Shown piece after piece: positions 36,017 through 44,506 of a stretch of 64,000 nt of DNA. Each line of letters starts with the position of its first letter. Position 1 is the first letter of the stretch. The position numbers and the translations under genes are program-made. The notes beneath the pieces were generated by a model that was not told where the DNA came from, did no database searches, and saw only the letters and a list, made by a program, of their open reading frames with translations. The DNA is from Clostridiales bacterium (GTDB taxonomy: Bacteria > Bacillota > Clostridia > Christensenellales > CAG-138), in contig DUPG01000014.1 of NCBI GenBank assembly GCA_012838425.1, positions 65,541 to 129,540 on the forward strand. Direction: 5' to 3'.

Positions 36017-37627
36017 ATGGGCTTATTAAAAGTATTAAGGTCGTTATCGCATTTTTTTAAGTTTGACGATTCAGACAGCCGCTTTGAGCTGCTTGAAACC
36101 GAATACGGTACGCCGTATGACAAGGAGCGCAACAAGCGCAGCATCGAGCTTGACAACAGCGTCAAGGAGGACGCGGAGATTTCCGCGGAATTAAAGAGCA
36201 ATTTAACTCTAATCAGGCAGGATTTCAGAGCGGATATAAATCCCGATATTCTAATACGCGAATTTACATTGGGCGGCGAGGTTGATGCTGCAATCGTGTT
36301 CATAAACGGGCTTGTAAATTCAGTAATGCTCAATGATTTTATATTGCGCGACGGTATGAAAAAGGACGCGCTTGAGAATGCATCAAAACCCATTGTAGAG
36401 TACGCCTTGAAAAACATTTTCACGGTATCCGACGCGCAGATAGAGTGGAATTATCTTAAAATAAAAAAGGCGATATTGGCAGGGCAATCCGTATTGTTCA
36501 TAGAGGGCGAAAACAGGGCGCTGATATTCGATACGCGCAATCAGCCCACGCGCGGCATAGATGCAGCCGAAAACGAAAAGTCGGTATTAGGCCCGCGCGA
36601 AGCATTTGTTGAGAACATGAAAACCAATATATCGCTTATAAGAAAGCACCTGCAAAATGACAGCTTAGTATGCGAAATGCGTACAGTGGGGAAGGAGAGC
36701 AACATTAAGGTAGGCATTCTTTACTGCGAAGGCGTCGCTAACAGCTCTCTTGTAAATGAAGTGAAGAGCAGGCTTTCGAAGGTAAACTTAAATAAGGTAA
36801 TTGCCGTAAATACGCTTATTCAGGTAATGGAGAAAAACTCAAACATACTTTTCCCAAGTGCGCTATTGACAGAGAAGCCCGACAGAGTAGCCTCATTCCT
36901 GCTTGAAGGTCATGTGGTTTTGATGTGCGAGGGCAACCCTCTTGTTGCGGTAACTCCTACAACCCTGCACATGATGTTCTCAATGCCTGAGGACGCGTAT
37001 GCGCGCCCGTCTGCCGCATCATTCGTGCGCTTTGTGCGCATATCCGCCGCGGTGGTTTCGGTTTATTTACCAGCGCTTTTCATAGCGGTTGTAAGGTATC
37101 ATCAGGGATTCTTTTCGCCGGAAATGCTTAATACGCTTGTAGCTTCGCACACTATGGTATTCGTTCCTATAAGCTTAGAGCTTGTATTGCTTATGTTCAT
37201 GTTCCAGTTAATAAGAGAAGCCGGTATGCGCGTACCCGGTTCCGTAGGTCAGGCATTAGGCATTATTGGAGGTCTTGTGTTAGGGCAGGCGGCAATCGCC
37301 GCGAATTTAGCAAGTCCGGTAGTTTTAATACTTGTCGCGCTTGTAGGCTTAGGCAATTTCTGCATACCCGAGTACACTATGCAGCTTACATCGTTTTATA
37401 TACGAATCGCGTTTGTAGTATTAGCAATAATGGCAGGCTTTTTGGGCATTGTGTGCGGAACATTGCTGCTTGTAGGGTATATGTCGTCCGCTAAGTCTTT
37501 CGGAGTGCCGCTGTTGACGCCTTATGCGGTAAAAGCATACTCTAAGCGTCCTTTAATTATGCGCGGCAAGGTGAAGAACAATGACCTTAGCGGCGAGGAC
37601 TATATGAACAGAGAAAACGATTGGTAA
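36017..37627 (+). CDS. Spore germinant receptor A subunit (GerA/GerKA family)
   Basis: 536 aa. Soluble N-terminal domain plus C-terminal TM bundle. RBS is GAGGAG. Confidence 0.85.
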   Translation: MGLLKVLRSLSHFFKFDDSDSRFELLETEYGTPYDKERNKRSIELDNSVKEDAEISAELKSNLTLIRQDFRADINPDILIREFTLGGEVDAAIVFINGLVNSVMLNDFILRDGMKKDALENASKPIVEYALKNIFTVSDAQIEWNYLKIKKAILAGQSVLFIEGENRALIFDTRNQPTRGIDAAENEKSVLGPREAFVENMKTNISLIRKHLQNDSLVCEMRTVGKESNIKVGILYCEGVANSSLVNEVKSRLSKVNLNKVIAVNTLIQVMEKNSNILFPSALLTEKPDRVASFLLEGHVVLMCEGNPLVAVTPTTLHMMFSMPEDAYARPSAASFVRFVRISAAVVSVYLPALFIAVVRYHQGFFSPEMLNTLVASHTMVFVPISLELVLLMFMFQLIREAGMRVPGSVGQALGIIGGLVLGQAAIAANLASPVVLILVALVGLGNFCIPEYTMQLTSFYIRIAFVVLAIMAGFLGIVCGTLLLVGYMSSAKSFGVPLLTPYAVKAYSKRPLIMRGKVKNNDLSGEDYMNRENDW

Positions 37628-37636
37628 GGAGGCAAT

Positions 37637-38761
37637 ATGCACTTAGCGGAAGGTAAGGTAGGTCAGCAGGCTGTAATAAGCATGACTTGTATAGCTATGG
37701 CAACGGCAGGGCTGTTCTCATTTTATTCGGGAGAGCTATATCCCAATGGCAACTCAACATATGTCAGCTTCCCTGTCGGGGTACTAATAGCCGGGCTTGT
37801 GTTCATGTTAGCCGCTGCTGCAATGAAGGCGTGTAATGCAAATTGCTTTATAGAGATGCTTGAATTCAGCGTAGGCAAGTTTTTTGCAAGAATCATATGT
37901 GCTGTGTTCATAGTATATTGCATAGTAGCCGCTATACTGCCTCTTAACAGGTTTCTAAACATAATGTTCAACAGCTTTTTTATAAACTCGAATTACTTTA
38001 CTATTTCGGTGTTTATATACCCTGTGCTCGTGGTGTTTTCTCTATTGGGGCTCGAACCCATATACAGAACTGCAAGGGCGTTAGTTTGGTTTTTCCTATT
38101 AGCTCATATGCTTATGTTAGGCAATGAAGCAGGCGGGCTTGAAATAACCGAAATGGCACCAATTATGGGCGACGGTATAAAAAATACTGCAATAATAAGT
38201 TTAAAATCCTCAGCCATTTTCCTGCCCGCATTGCTTTTTATACTGATGATTACAAGAAGCGTGCATGGCATTAAGTTCGCAAAGCGTGCCGCGTCATTCG
38301 CAGTTCCTATAACCGCTGTTTTTTGCGGAATAACTTATTTAGCGTTAGCCATGATGTTCAACTATGTCGACTTAACAAACATATACACTCCGCTTTATCG
38401 ATACAGCATGGCGGTTGCTTCTGAAAGTCTTATACTAAGGCTCGATAAAATTATGTCATTTATCTGGATAATGGCTATACTGCTTTCGGGTTCGTACTAT
38501 GTGTATGCCTCGTCTAATATTTATGCAAAAATATTCTCCCAGAACGATATGCGCCCCGCGGCGATGGGAGTGGCATTGATGCTTCTGTCAATAGCCGTCG
38601 GCTCACACTTGACATTCCCCGCAATCAAGGATGTATTTGATTTCTTGCGCAATTACGGGTTCTTTATATTTGTGGTTCCGGTAATACTGGTATCGGGAAT
38701 AGCCATTGTGCGCGCAAGCATACTGAACAATAGGAGGAAGTATGAAGTCGGTACGAATTAA
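37637..38761 (+). CDS. Spore germinant receptor B subunit (GerAB-type permease-like)
   Basis: 374 aa with about 10 TM helices. RBS is AAGGAGG. Positioned between the A and C subunits. Confidence 0.8.
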   Translation: MHLAEGKVGQQAVISMTCIAMATAGLFSFYSGELYPNGNSTYVSFPVGVLIAGLVFMLAAAAMKACNANCFIEMLEFSVGKFFARIICAVFIVYCIVAAILPLNRFLNIMFNSFFINSNYFTISVFIYPVLVVFSLLGLEPIYRTARALVWFFLLAHMLMLGNEAGGLEITEMAPIMGDGIKNTAIISLKSSAIFLPALLFILMITRSVHGIKFAKRAASFAVPITAVFCGITYLALAMMFNYVDLTNIYTPLYRYSMAVASESLILRLDKIMSFIWIMAILLSGSYYVYASSNIYAKIFSQNDMRPAAMGVALMLLSIAVGSHLTFPAIKDVFDFLRNYGFFIFVVPVILVSGIAIVRASILNNRRKYEVGTN

Positions 38762-40055
38762 GCTGATATGCCTTTGCTTGATAATTGCTTCCCTTGTATC
38801 TTCGGTATCGGGCTGCTTGAATCCCGACGATATTTCTGAATTCATCTATGTTATATCAATAGGAGTGGATAAAGGCAAGCAGTACAAGTATAAAATGACA
38901 TTTTTAATGCAGAGCGCATCGCCTTCTGCTGAAACGCCGCAAGCAAATCAAATAGTAATGACAGCGGCGGAGGGCGACAACCTATTCGAAGCAATAGACA
39001 TTGTAGAAGCGGGTATGCCGAACAGAATGAACTTCTCGCGTATGAATATGCTTCTGTTCTCTCAAGAATGTGCGGAGAATGGGTCTATTGAGGACTTCTT
39101 CCGCATATCGTGGAGCACGACTAAGATAGGAACATCAGCGAGCTTGGTAGTCTGCATAGGCAAGGCGGAAGATTTCTTGGAAGGGCTGAACAGTGCGGAC
39201 AATTCGGCATTTGCTAAGCTGCAACACATATTGGTAGATTACTCAAAAGCAACAGGCCTCATAAACAGCTCAACCATATATGAGTTCATCAGCGCTACGG
39301 GAAGCAAAAGGGCGGACCCCGTTATCGCCTTAGGTTCTATAGACGAGTCGATAATAGAGAAGAGCAGCAACTCCGGTGGCAGCGGCGGTTCCGGTGGCGG
39401 TGGCGGTTCCGGTGGCGGTGGCGGTTCCGGTGGCGGTGGCTCCGGTGGGGAGCAGTCGCCCGAGCCATCACCCACAAAGGATACAACAGGCGGTGTCGAG
39501 CGTGAAGGCGGTACAAAATCATACTTCTTTGGAAGTGCGCTGTTTGACGGGCAAAAAATGGTGGGCGTAATATCAGGAGAGCAGACGCAGCTTCTTATGA
39601 TGGCCGGTGGCAAGCTTACAGGCGCTAAGTTCTCAGTAGTAGATGAAAAGCAGATAAAGTATGTTGTGCGCGTCGCAAACGCTAAAAAGACAAGGGTAGA
39701 TGTCGATATAAAAGAGGATAGAATAGATGTTGTGTTCAATATTGCGCTTACAGTCAGGCTTGATATGTCAGTAGATGAAGAAGAAATGAGTGAAATGCGC
39801 AAATCAGGCGGATTGTTAGAGCGTATGGCTAAGCAAATAGTCGAGTATTCCGAAAGCGGCTTGGAGCATCTGTTCGCCGATTGCAAAAGAGTCAACTGCG
39901 ACGCTTTCGAGATAGGAAAATTCGTAGCATTGAAGTTCCGCACAGTAAAGGAATGGGAGGAGTTCAACTATAAGAGCAGGTACCAGACCGTAAATGCAGT
40001 ATTCAATGTAGAAATAGATATGGAGGATGTGTATGTTTCATCATACATAGACTGA
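38742..40055 (+). CDS. Spore germinant receptor C subunit (Ger(x)C lipoprotein) with an inserted Gly/Ser linker
   Basis: Lipobox VSGC. The N-terminal YVISIGVDKG motif is typical of GerAC. The insertion is SNSGGSGGSGGGGGSGGGGGSGGGGSGGEQSPEPSP. Confidence 0.8.
   Translation: MKSVRIKLICLCLIIASLVSSVSGCLNPDDISEFIYVISIGVDKGKQYKYKMTFLMQSASPSAETPQANQIVMTAAEGDNLFEAIDIVEAGMPNRMNFSRMNMLLFSQECAENGSIEDFFRISWSTTKIGTSASLVVCIGKAEDFLEGLNSADNSAFAKLQHILVDYSKATGLINSSTIYEFISATGSKRADPVIALGSIDESIIEKSSNSGGSGGSGGGGGSGGGGGSGGGGSGGEQSPEPSPTKDTTGGVEREGGTKSYFFGSALFDGQKMVGVISGEQTQLLMMAGGKLTGAKFSVVDEKQIKYVVRVANAKKTRVDVDIKEDRIDVVFNIALTVRLDMSVDEEEMSEMRKSGGLLERMAKQIVEYSESGLEHLFADCKRVNCDAFEIGKFVALKFRTVKEWEEFNYKSRYQTVNAVFNVEIDMEDVYVSSYID
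39372..39450 (+). repeat. Tandem 18-bp repeat (ggttccggtggcggtggc, about 4 units) encoding a (G4-5S)n linker
   Basis: Direct reading of 39372-39450. Confidence 0.85.
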
Positions 40056-40056
40056 T

Positions 40057-40215
40057 ATGGCTTGGTTTATGTTATATTCAACACTATGCGTTTTGTATAA
40101 CGCGCTATATGCTCTGAACTGTATAAGGAACAAGTGTGCCCCCGGGTTTTCGGGCGCTATGTTAATCACTTTGATTTCCATAGGGTGTATTGTGTTATTG
40201 CAATTCCATATCTAA
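40057..40215 (+). CDS. Possible 52-aa two-TM mini-protein coupled to the gerC-like stop
   Basis: The ATG starts 1 nt after the TGA (tgATATG). The product is MAWFMLYSTLCVLYNALYALNCIRNKCAPGFSGAMLITLISIGCIVLLQFHI. No clear SD. It is below the ORF-track length cutoff. Confidence 0.3.
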   Translation: MAWFMLYSTLCVLYNALYALNCIRNKCAPGFSGAMLITLISIGCIVLLQFHI

Positions 40216-40252
40216 GGCGTTATAATCTCGTTAGCTTAGTACGGGAGATATA

Positions 40253-40714
40253 ATGCTTAACATAGTACTTGTTGAACCTGAAATACCGCAGAACACAGGC
40301 AACATTGCCCGAACCTGCGCCTGCTTGGGGGCAGCTTTGCACCTTGTTGAGCCTTTGGGCTTCAGCATTGATGAAAAGCATGTGCGCCGCGCAGGGCTTG
40401 ACTATTGGAGCGAGCTTACAATACACCGCTATTCTGACTTCACAGATTTTTTAGAGAAGAATCCTAATGCGGTTATGTGGCTTTTTACCACCCATGCCGA
40501 AAAGCACTATTGTGATGTCAAGTATAGCATAGACGATTACCTGGTATTCGGCAAGGAAACAGCAGGCTTGGGTGAAAAGCTTATTGCGCGGTATTCAGAC
40601 AGATGTGTAAGGCTGCCTATGCGCAACAGCCTGCGTTCATTGAACCTTTCAAACTCTGTGGCTGTCGCGGCATACGAAGCCATGCGCCAGTTAGGCTTTC
40701 CCGATTTGGTTTAG
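40253..40714 (+). CDS. trmL: tRNA (cytidine/uridine34-2'-O)-methyltransferase TrmL (SpoU family)
   Basis: MLNIVLVEPEIPQNTGNIARTC and LNLSNSVAVAAYE. Confidence 0.85.
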   Translation: MLNIVLVEPEIPQNTGNIARTCACLGAALHLVEPLGFSIDEKHVRRAGLDYWSELTIHRYSDFTDFLEKNPNAVMWLFTTHAEKHYCDVKYSIDDYLVFGKETAGLGEKLIARYSDRCVRLPMRNSLRSLNLSNSVAVAAYEAMRQLGFPDLV

Positions 40715-41871
40715 CCTCTGATGCACACCCAGAACTTAAAAAGCATAGATAAAAAGTCTGAAAAACCTGCAGGCGCAATATCTTGTTCGACTCCCAACTC
40801 GAGAGTAGCCACTCTTTCGCCCTTTGCATCGAAATAATCGACTGTGCCTAAGCAATCGCCTGCGTTTATTGGTGCAGTAAGCGTTTGCGGAACATTATAC
40901 ACAGCGCTTGGCTGTTCGTCATTCATTCCGCAGAGAATAGATAGGTCGTTAAGCGCAACAAGGTCAACAGCTCTCATAATAGAACCGTTTATAGCTACGC
41001 CCTTAACTATTGCGTCACCCTTATTTGCAATTTTTACACTCTTATAGCTTGCATAGGCGTATTCTATCGCGGCGCGCGCCACATCAAAGCGTTCTGCGCT
41101 GTTCTTTGCGCCCAGTATTACTGCTATGTACTCAGCTCCGTTTCTTGATACAGAGAAAACACCGCAATATCCCGCGTCGTTTGAAGAACCTGTCATAAGC
41201 CCTGTGCAGCCTACTAATTCGCGTATAAAGCGGTTTGGGTTTACAAGCTCTGTTCTGTTTCCGTTGGAATGTATTATTTCGCTCATATATGTAGTGCTGT
41301 ATCGCTTGAAGGAGGTGCACTCCGCCAACGCGCAGCCTATTTTTGCTAAATCGCTTACAGATATTTTGAGGCTGCTTCCCATAGGGTCTTGATAAACCGC
41401 CTGCACGCCTAAATCCTTTAATCTGTTGTTCAACTTTGACAAAAATACATCCATGCTTCCAAAAGCCGCTTCGCAAAGCGCGTATATAGCGTCGCCTGCG
41501 GAAATCATAACTGCGCTTTTGTATAAATCATCGGCGGATATTACCTCGTTCGCCTCAACGAATGCGGTAGGTCCCGGAACCTTTGCGGCATTTGTGCTAA
41601 CAGTAACATTGCCTTCAAGTGAGAATTCGCCCTTATCTATAGCCTCTGACAGCAAAAGCATAGGACCTATGCGCGTCAGCCCGGCGGCCGGCAAGCTTGA
41701 TTCTGCTTCGTGCTGTAATATCACCTGATGAGAGCCTCTTGCAACAACAATTAAAGCTGAGGCAGAGCCCAAGCTTATAGGCATCTTGTCAGCATTGGCA
41801 GAATAGGGTATATAAGCACATAGTATTATTGTCGCAAGCAATATCGCCAAGCACTTGATAGAAAAACGCAT
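40711..41871 (-). CDS. D-alanyl-D-alanine carboxypeptidase (PBP5/DacF-like, S11) homologue with degenerate catalytic motifs
   Basis: Signal peptide present. Collinear with DacF, but SxxK is GLTR, SxN is SAG and KTG is MTG. Confidence 0.75.
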   Translation of the reverse strand: MRFSIKCLAILLATIILCAYIPYSANADKMPISLGSASALIVVARGSHQVILQHEAESSLPAAGLTRIGPMLLLSEAIDKGEFSLEGNVTVSTNAAKVPGPTAFVEANEVISADDLYKSAVMISAGDAIYALCEAAFGSMDVFLSKLNNRLKDLGVQAVYQDPMGSSLKISVSDLAKIGCALAECTSFKRYSTTYMSEIIHSNGNRTELVNPNRFIRELVGCTGLMTGSSNDAGYCGVFSVSRNGAEYIAVILGAKNSAERFDVARAAIEYAYASYKSVKIANKGDAIVKGVAINGSIMRAVDLVALNDLSILCGMNDEQPSAVYNVPQTLTAPINAGDCLGTVDYFDAKGERVATLELGVEQDIAPAGFSDFLSMLFKFWVCIRG

Positions 41872-41963
41872 ACAGCCCTCCTAAACACTCGTCCTGTTAA
41901 ATACATATGCAGGCTGTATGCGCGAATATGCTCATTCACACTTTTGCAAGGTGTTGTAATGTA

Positions 41964-43892
41964 TCAATCAGCTATGTACCACTTATCTATGCTTCGCATT
42001 ATGTCCGGTTCCCTTACTGCTGATATGCCATATATGTTCGCTGAATAAATAATGCTGTTTAATCGGTAGCCAAGCACTATGAAGGGTAATTCCTCAATGA
42101 ACGCCGCTTCAAAAGCGTATGCCGCCTCGCGCATTGAGCTCTCGTCAATCGCAGCAGTTATTCTGCTGCAAAGCGATAATAGCTTTTCGTTGCTTACCTT
42201 GCCATAGTTGATTTCGGATTCTATAAAAAGCGGCTCCAAGTAGCAGTCCCTGCTCAGACTGAAGCCCACAAGCGCCATATCGAAATTGCCCTCTTTAAGC
42301 TGCTTTATGTATTCGGATTTCGAATGGGGTGCTGATGGCAAAAATGTATGTGATACGATGTTCACTTCGATACCGCATTCCATAAGCTGTGCCTTTATCG
42401 CTTCCGCTGCGTTCTTCCTAACAGCATTGTCTGTGGTTTCGTTAACCAAAAGCGTGAAGGAAAGCTTATTCTTAGGGTCGTCCTTATGGCGCAGCACGCC
42501 ATTTGAGTCGGTCTTTGTGTAGCCCGCGTCTGCAAGCAGGTCTTTTGCGTAGTCCAAATCGTACTCATACACCTTGTACTTGCTTGAATACAGCCATGAA
42601 TCAGGCGCTATTGGCACATCAACATCTTGCAGCTTGTTCATATATACATTCGAAACAAGGCGCGATGTATCCAATGCGTACATAATGGCTTTGCGCACAT
42701 TCGGATTGCTGAATACAGGGTTGTCATAGTTGAATATCATAAGCTCAATATTGTTTGTCATAATATCAAGCACCTTGGTTACGCCTTCTTTGCGATACTT
42801 TCCTGCCGATACTATTGAGGTGGTTACGAAATTAAGCTGCTTTGCCTCGTATGAAGCCAGCGCAGTTGCGTTATCAGCACGCGGCAGGAATGTTATATTA
42901 GAAATATAGGGCATAGTGCGCCACCAATTCTCATTTACGGTCAACTGCACCTTTGACTTTTTTGCTTCAACAACCTTGTAAGGGCCTGTGCCTATCATGG
43001 TTGTGCCCGCTTCCTCGGCACTCTTGCACATTATGGGGAATGTCAGCGCGTACAGCGAGCTAAGCCCGCCGTTATGCATTTTGACTCTTATTGTATAGTC
43101 GTCAATTACATTTATATTCTCAATTCTTGAAATATGGTATGAGTAGTATGATGCGTCCGCCACAGCAGGCTCAGGCGTAGGCGAGGGCTTGGGTGTGGGC
43201 GAAGGGCGCATGGTAGGCGTAGCCTGCGGCCTTTTTGAAGGCGTGGGCGTTGAATCGGGCGTAGGTGTAGGTATAGGCGTATCGATAGGCGTTTCAGTCG
43301 GGGGCTCTGTCGGCTCAATGGTCGCTGGGGGCTCTGTAATAGGTTCAATGGTCGGTGTAGGCTCGGGCTCCTGCGTTTCTTCCGTCATAGGCTGTGCCGC
43401 TAATTGTGCGAATACAGCGCCGCCCCTTGCGCTAAGCTCAGAATTGCTCGGAATCTCCATATCCAACGCGGTGAGCAGCCTGTGATATGTGTATAGCACA
43501 TCTTTGGCTGTGAAATCACTGCCGTCGTGCCATTTTACATTCTTTCTCAGCTTCAATGTCCAAATGCTGCTGTCCTCCGGGTTTACCGCCCAGCTTTCCG
43601 CCAATGAGGGCGACAGCTTGCCCGCATCGTCAATGCTCAACAGCCCTTCAAATATTAAAGAATACAGTATAAGCATTTCCTCGGTGTTCACAATATGCGG
43701 GTCGCCCAATCGAGGATTCATAGGCATAGCCATAATAAGCTCCCCACCTGTTTTCGGTTCAGGTGTGGGAGTGGCTACATTTTGCGTAGGCGCAAGCGTG
43801 GGTGCTACATTAGCGTTTTTGCACCCAAACGCTGAAATCATTAAACTTATTATCAAAATGAATACCAAAGTCTGCTTGCAAACTCTATTCAT
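41964..43892 (-). CDS. ABC transporter substrate-binding lipoprotein (family 5, peptide/nickel type) with an internal P/T/E-rich insertion
   Basis: Lipobox AFGC. SLAESW..WTLKLRKNVKWHDGSDFTAKDV is typical of SBP_bac_5. It is an orphan: no permease or ATPase gene lies adjacent. Confidence 0.8.
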   Translation of the reverse strand: MNRVCKQTLVFILIISLMISAFGCKNANVAPTLAPTQNVATPTPEPKTGGELIMAMPMNPRLGDPHIVNTEEMLILYSLIFEGLLSIDDAGKLSPSLAESWAVNPEDSSIWTLKLRKNVKWHDGSDFTAKDVLYTYHRLLTALDMEIPSNSELSARGGAVFAQLAAQPMTEETQEPEPTPTIEPITEPPATIEPTEPPTETPIDTPIPTPTPDSTPTPSKRPQATPTMRPSPTPKPSPTPEPAVADASYYSYHISRIENINVIDDYTIRVKMHNGGLSSLYALTFPIMCKSAEEAGTTMIGTGPYKVVEAKKSKVQLTVNENWWRTMPYISNITFLPRADNATALASYEAKQLNFVTTSIVSAGKYRKEGVTKVLDIMTNNIELMIFNYDNPVFSNPNVRKAIMYALDTSRLVSNVYMNKLQDVDVPIAPDSWLYSSKYKVYEYDLDYAKDLLADAGYTKTDSNGVLRHKDDPKNKLSFTLLVNETTDNAVRKNAAEAIKAQLMECGIEVNIVSHTFLPSAPHSKSEYIKQLKEGNFDMALVGFSLSRDCYLEPLFIESEINYGKVSNEKLLSLCSRITAAIDESSMREAAYAFEAAFIEELPFIVLGYRLNSIIYSANIYGISAVREPDIMRSIDKWYIAD

Positions 43893-43894
43893 GC

Positions 43895-44506
43895 TTATTC
43901 CCTCTTTAATAGCTTATCGAATAATTCGCGCACTGATATGTTCAGCTCGCTTTGTGTGATAGTGTTTTCTATCACCACATCAGCCCTTTTTATTAGCTCG
44001 GAATCCGCAACGCGCGCGTCGGCACGCTTTTTCGCCTGCTCATAGTCAAGCCCGTCGCGCTGCATTATACGCGTTAACCTCTGCTCATACGGCGCGGTTA
44101 CTACCCATATCTCGTCGCAGTGCTCGTCTAAATTCGCTTCAAATAAAAGCGGCGCGTCAAACACCACTATTTTTTCCCCGGATTCAAACGCGGCGACCCT
44201 TATATCCAGCATTCTTCTTATTATATAGGGGTGTGTTATCGCGTTCAGCATTTTCAGCTTTGCTTCGTCGCTGAACACAACTTCGCCCAACCGCCTTCTA
44301 TTGATTATATCATTTTTTTCGAATACTTCCTCGCCAAACTCTTTCCTTATTTGGTCTAACAATGGAGAATTTGGCGCAAGAGCTTCTCTTGCCACAATAT
44401 CGGCAGAAATAACATAAGCCCCTAATTCCTCTAATATCCGAGAAACAGTGGTCTTTCCGCTGCCTGTTGAGCCTGTTATGCCTAATGTGAGCTTATTTTG
44501 CGTCAT
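43895..44506 (-). CDS. coaE: Dephospho-CoA kinase
   Basis: LGITGSTGSGKTT. Located downstream of polA, as in many Firmicutes. Confidence 0.9.
   Translation of the reverse strand: MTQNKLTLGITGSTGSGKTTVSRILEELGAYVISADIVAREALAPNSPLLDQIRKEFGEEVFEKNDIINRRRLGEVVFSDEAKLKMLNAITHPYIIRRMLDIRVAAFESGEKIVVFDAPLLFEANLDEHCDEIWVVTAPYEQRLTRIMQRDGLDYEQAKKRADARVADSELIKRADVVIENTITQSELNISVRELFDKLLKRE

Noticed and set aside
39372-39450. Gly/Ser repeat as a CRISPR-like array or an engineered (G4S)n linker indicating synthetic DNA.
   Set aside because: The units are contiguous 18-bp coding repeats with no spacers. They are in frame inside a native-looking lipoprotein gene, and the flanking sequence and codon usage match the surrounding genome.
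39239-39967. 242-aa minus-strand ORF containing PPPEPPPPPEPPPP, plus small ORFs at 39337-39570.
   Set aside because: It is antisense to the gerC-like gene, and the proline run mirrors the Gly/Ser linker repeat. The plus-strand frame has a lipobox, an RBS and family motifs.
43189-43485. 98-aa Gly/Val-rich plus-strand ORF, and a 78-aa minus-strand ORF at 43112-43348.
   Set aside because: These are a mirror frame and an alternative frame of the P/T-rich insertion in the binding lipoprotein. They are low-complexity artefacts.
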